From IMG/VR virus record IMGVR_UViG_2529293015_000001: a stretch of 35,093 nucleotides of DNA; one strand, 5' to 3'. The translations under genes and the position numbers were made by a program. Shown one piece after another: positions 32,312 to 35,093 of this stretch. Below the pieces are notes generated by a model, which saw only the letters and a program-made list of their open reading frames with translations, searched no databases and was not told the DNA's origin. This DNA comes from a virus. Taxonomy: Duplodnaviria > Heunggongvirae > Uroviricota > Caudoviricetes. Numbering within the stretch: the stretch's first letter is position 1; each line of letters opens with the position of its first letter.

Positions 32312-33352
32312 ATGGCGAGCTTAACAGTAATTCCTGATGACATCAAAACGCTAAAATCCGACGTTAGCAAATTAAAAAACGATCAAGGAAGCTACGCAAC
32401 AAAATCATATGTAGACAATAAAACAACATGGAATAGTTATTGCAATGTAATCTATGATCAAAAGACATTGCCGACCACTGGAACTATATTTAGCGGTAAG
32501 ATTCACTTGTCAAATAAGACAGGAGAAACTGAAAACGCTTATAGTGAGATGTACACCAGAAAAAATATTGACGGTACAAAAGATACAATGACAAGGATTG
32601 TCACACACAATGGAATAAAAGGTATCTTTTGGGATTTTAGCGATCTTTACGGCGGAACATTAATTTTTCCAGGCAGTGATGGTTACCTTAAGATGGGGAA
32701 CTGTCTCATGTCGTATGGTGTGCGGGGAAGTAACGCGCTTATTAAATTTGATTACACCGACACATTACAGATCAAATATGCCAATCATGGGTCAACCATG
32801 ACATTAAACACACAGGGGACCGCTCATTCTGGCGCTACTACTAGTTTGTGGGGTAACTCTACCCGTCCGGTTGTATATGAAGTTGGTGCTGATGGTGGCG
32901 CGTATATGTTCTATGCGCAGAAAAATACCGATAACACCTATATGTTAAGCGTTAATGGTGCATGTCATGCCACCGCATTTAACCAGCATTCCGACCGGGA
33001 TCTGAAAGACAACATTCAGGTGATCGATAATGCAACCGACCGCATCCGTAAAATGAACGGCTATACATACACGCTTAAAGAAAACGGTATGCCCTATGCT
33101 GGTGTCATTGCACAGGAAGCTCTGGAAGCAATCCCAGAAGTTGTAGGTTCCGCAATGAAATATCAGGACGGTGCGGGCGGATCGGAAGGTGAAGAAGGTG
33201 AACGTTATTACACAGTAGATTATTCTGGTGTTACTGGCTTGCTTGTTCAGGTAGCCAGAGAGTCAGACGACAGAATAACAGCACTGGAAGAAGAAAACGC
33301 AGAATTAAGACAAAGATTATCTGCAATTGAGGCGGCGCTTGCGTCTAAATAA
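32312..33352 (+). CDS. Second tail-fiber-like protein with C-terminal intramolecular chaperone (peptidase S74-like) domain
   Basis: 346 aa; SD GAGGGG 6 nt upstream; C-terminal ~120 aa (…NQHSDRDLKDNIQVIDNATDRIRKMNGYTYTLKE…GVIAQEALEAIPEVV…YTVDYSGVTGLLVQVARE…) match the recalled consensus of self-cleaving fiber/tailspike chaperone domains, then a short coiled-coil tail. Confidence 0.6.
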   Translation: MASLTVIPDDIKTLKSDVSKLKNDQGSYATKSYVDNKTTWNSYCNVIYDQKTLPTTGTIFSGKIHLSNKTGETENAYSEMYTRKNIDGTKDTMTRIVTHNGIKGIFWDFSDLYGGTLIFPGSDGYLKMGNCLMSYGVRGSNALIKFDYTDTLQIKYANHGSTMTLNTQGTAHSGATTSLWGNSTRPVVYEVGADGGAYMFYAQKNTDNTYMLSVNGACHATAFNQHSDRDLKDNIQVIDNATDRIRKMNGYTYTLKENGMPYAGVIAQEALEAIPEVVGSAMKYQDGAGGSEGEEGERYYTVDYSGVTGLLVQVARESDDRITALEEENAELRQRLSAIEAALASK

Positions 33353-33358
33353 TATCAA

Positions 33359-33378
33359 GGGGCCGAGCGCCCCGTTTT
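33359..33378 (+). terminator. Weak intrinsic terminator after the second fiber gene
   Basis: GGGGC-CGAGC-GCCCC followed by GTTTTATT. Confidence 0.4.
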
Positions 33379-33388
33379 ATTGGGTAGG

Positions 33389-33688
33389 ATGAAAATGGAT
33401 ATAACACCTTTCCTTCATGCGCTTTGTGCTGTGGCTGCGCAGGTACTGATTGGCCTTTTTACCGGAAACTGGGCTTACGGGGCGATAGCCGGTTGTACGT
33501 TCTTCATTGCGCGCGAACACACCCAGGCAGAATATCGCTGGATCGAAATGTTCGGGCATGGCAAGCGAATGAATATGCCGTGGTGGGGCGGTTTTGATCC
33601 GCGCGCATGGGATGTGGCAAGCCTGATGGATTTTGCTGTGCCGGTGGTGGCGTGTCTGCTGGTCTGGCTGTTGGTTAATCGTGGGTGA
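33389..33688 (+). CDS. Small hydrophobic inner-membrane protein (two or three predicted TM helices); moron
   Basis: About 99 aa; hydrophobic stretches AVAAQVLIGLF, AIAGCTFFIA, AVPVVACLLVWLLV; higher GC than flanks; ATG 33389 or 33395. Confidence 0.4.
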   Translation: MKMDITPFLHALCAVAAQVLIGLFTGNWAYGAIAGCTFFIAREHTQAEYRWIEMFGHGKRMNMPWWGGFDPRAWDVASLMDFAVPVVACLLVWLLVNRG

Positions 33689-34361
33689 AAAAAGGTGAGC
33701 TGTATATGCAACGGAGGAAGAAAACTCGTTGCTGGAAGCCTTGAAGAAGTATCGGGTGTTGCTGAACCGTGTGGACACTTCCGTAGCACCAGATATCGAG
33801 TGGCTTATTCAACCATAATAAACAGTATGTATATCATAGGTTATTAATTGTGAGTTTTTTCGGTGTGTTATTTGTTTGTTTGATGTTATGCTTTTGCGCC
33901 CCAAAAGGTTGTTTAGATGTATTTTATCAATTGATTTTCAATATCGTTTAATAAAGAAAAATTAAGCAAGCTGGATGTTGGTTTTTTGTTAATTGAATGG
34001 TTCTAATAATGTTTTTTTACTGTTGTTGAATGTGACTTGATAAGAGATGCAAGTAAAAATGATGCTCTTTTTATTTTAAATTCAAACGGTTGATATATAT
34101 AGCAAGAGGTTTCAGGTGCGTTGTAGTGAGTTTATGTTAATAAAAAGCATAGTAAACGTTGAAAAATGTAACTTTGAAATACGTTAGAATAAAAAACAAT
34201 ATACATATAATAATTTAATCTTAAATGAAATTTATTAAAATTTGCAAACTATAATTTTGTGTATAAAAATATAAATGCACATCATCCTGATTATGATTGT
34301 GTATTTAATTGGTTGTTATTTGACTACTATCAACTTGTTTTAATTTTATGATAGGTGCAAG

Positions 34362-34739
34362 ATGGATTATGTTTGCTCCGTAGTTTTCATCTGTCAATCA
34401 TTTGATTTAATTATAAACAGGAGAGTTATCTCGTTCAAAAAAAATTCATTGTTTATTGTAAGCGACAAAATTAGAAGAGAGTTACCAGTATGCCCCTCTA
34501 AACTAAGAATTGTTGATATAGATAAGAAAACATGTTTATCCTTTTTTATCGACGTGAATAATGAGTTGCCTGGCAAATTTACTCTTGATAAGAATGGCTA
34601 TATTGCTGAAGAGGAACCTCCATTATCGCTTGTTTTTTCTCTGTTTGAAGGGATTAAAATAGCAGACTCACACTCCCTTTGGTTAAAAGAAAGACTATGT
34701 ACTGATGAATCCCCTAATGATTTTGGTAAAAATCATTAA
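34362..34739 (+). pseudogene. appY: appY-like AraC-family regulator truncated after about codon 113 by IS10; the last 12 codons are read from the IS10 end
   Basis: [30 protein letters not shown]... recalled as the AppY N-terminus (DLP12); homology ends where the IS10 outside end begins (34702); the AraC helix-turn-helix part is missing. Confidence 0.6.
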
Positions 34740-34747
34740 GTTAAGGT

Positions 34748-34816
34748 GGATACACATCTTGTCATATGATCAAATGGTTTCGCGAAAAATCAATAATCAG
34801 ACAACAAGATGTGCGA
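34748..34816 (-). ncRNA. IS10 RNA-OUT antisense RNA (position estimated by offset from the IS10 end)
   Basis: Known IS10 organisation: ~69-nt RNA-OUT from pOUT, complementary to the 5' end of the transposase mRNA; coordinates are the IS10 positions about 47-115 mapped onto the window, not an independent prediction. Confidence 0.4.
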
Positions 34817-35093
34817 ACTCGATATTTTACACGACTCTCTTTACCAATTCTGCCCCGAATTACACTTAAAACGACTCAACAGCTTAACGTTGGCTTGCCA
34901 CGCATTACTTGACTGTAAAACTCTCACTCTTACCGAACTTGGCCGTAACCTGCCAACCAAAGCGAGAACAAAACATAACATCAAACGAATCGACCGGTTG
35001 TTAGGTAATCGTCACCTCCACAAAGAGCGACTCGCTGTATACCGTTGGCATGCTAGCTTTATCTGTTCGGGCAATACGATGCCCATTGTACTT
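34809..35093 (+). CDS. IS10 transposase, N-terminal 95 codons (partial)
   Basis: MCELDILHDSLYQFCPELHLKRLNSLTLACHALLDCKTLTLTELGRNLPTKARTKHNIKRIDRLLGNRHLHKERLAVYRWHASF... matches recalled IS10 transposase; no stop inside the window. Confidence 0.85.
   Translation, partial: MCELDILHDSLYQFCPELHLKRLNSLTLACHALLDCKTLTLTELGRNLPTKARTKHNIKRIDRLLGNRHLHKERLAVYRWHASFICSGNTMPIVL

Larger units (their letters stand above)
34702..35093 (+). mobile_element. IS10 (Tn10-type IS4 family), outside end and 5' part; continues beyond the window
   Basis: CTGATGAATCCCCTAATGATTTTGGTAAAAATCATTAAGTTAAGGTGGATACACATCTTGTCATATGATCAAATGG... matches the recalled IS10 outside end; transposase ATG 108 bp from the end. Confidence 0.85.

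Overview
This window is most of the late half of a lambdoid (lambda-like) prophage of an enterobacterial host, probably E. coli, plus cargo at both ends. No CRISPR array, tRNA or rRNA is visible. Left to right: (1) a low-GC cargo pair, an Ig-like-repeat adhesin fragment (76-2163, +) convergent with a lipoprotein alpha/beta-hydrolase esterase (2200-3243, -); (2) a DLP12-type nin region ybcN-ninE-ybcO-rusA-ylcG (3691-5094) and a Q-like antiterminator (5091-5798) followed by a candidate late promoter and strong terminator; (3) an AraC-family regulator moron (6037-6771) in the Q-to-lysis slot; (4) a phage-21/DLP12-type lysis cassette of pinholin, SAR endolysin, Rz and embedded Rz1 (6952-8851), interrupted between holin and endolysin by two unrecognised convergent small ORFs (7172-7754); (5) bor, the cos site with the lambda 12-nt cohesive end (9930-9941) and Nu1-site repeats; (6) a complete lambda-type head and tail cluster Nu1, A, W, B, C/Nu3, D, E, FI, FII, Z, U, V, G/G-T, H, M, L, K, I, J (10119-28901), recognised from recalled lambda protein and left-end DNA sequence and gene order; (7) lom and a mosaic side-tail-fiber region: stf with lambda-like N-terminus, tandem 189-bp shaft repeats and a foreign AT-rich lectin-like distal domain, then a 92-aa ORF and a second fiber-like gene with a C-terminal self-cleaving chaperone domain (29633-33352); (8) a small membrane protein, an AT-rich leader, and an appY-like AraC gene cut after about codon 113 by an IS10 end that runs off the window (34362-35093). 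The most likely places for something undescribed are the two-gene insert in the lysis cassette and the fiber module; neither can be proven from sequence alone. All homology calls rest on memory of protein families, not on a database search.
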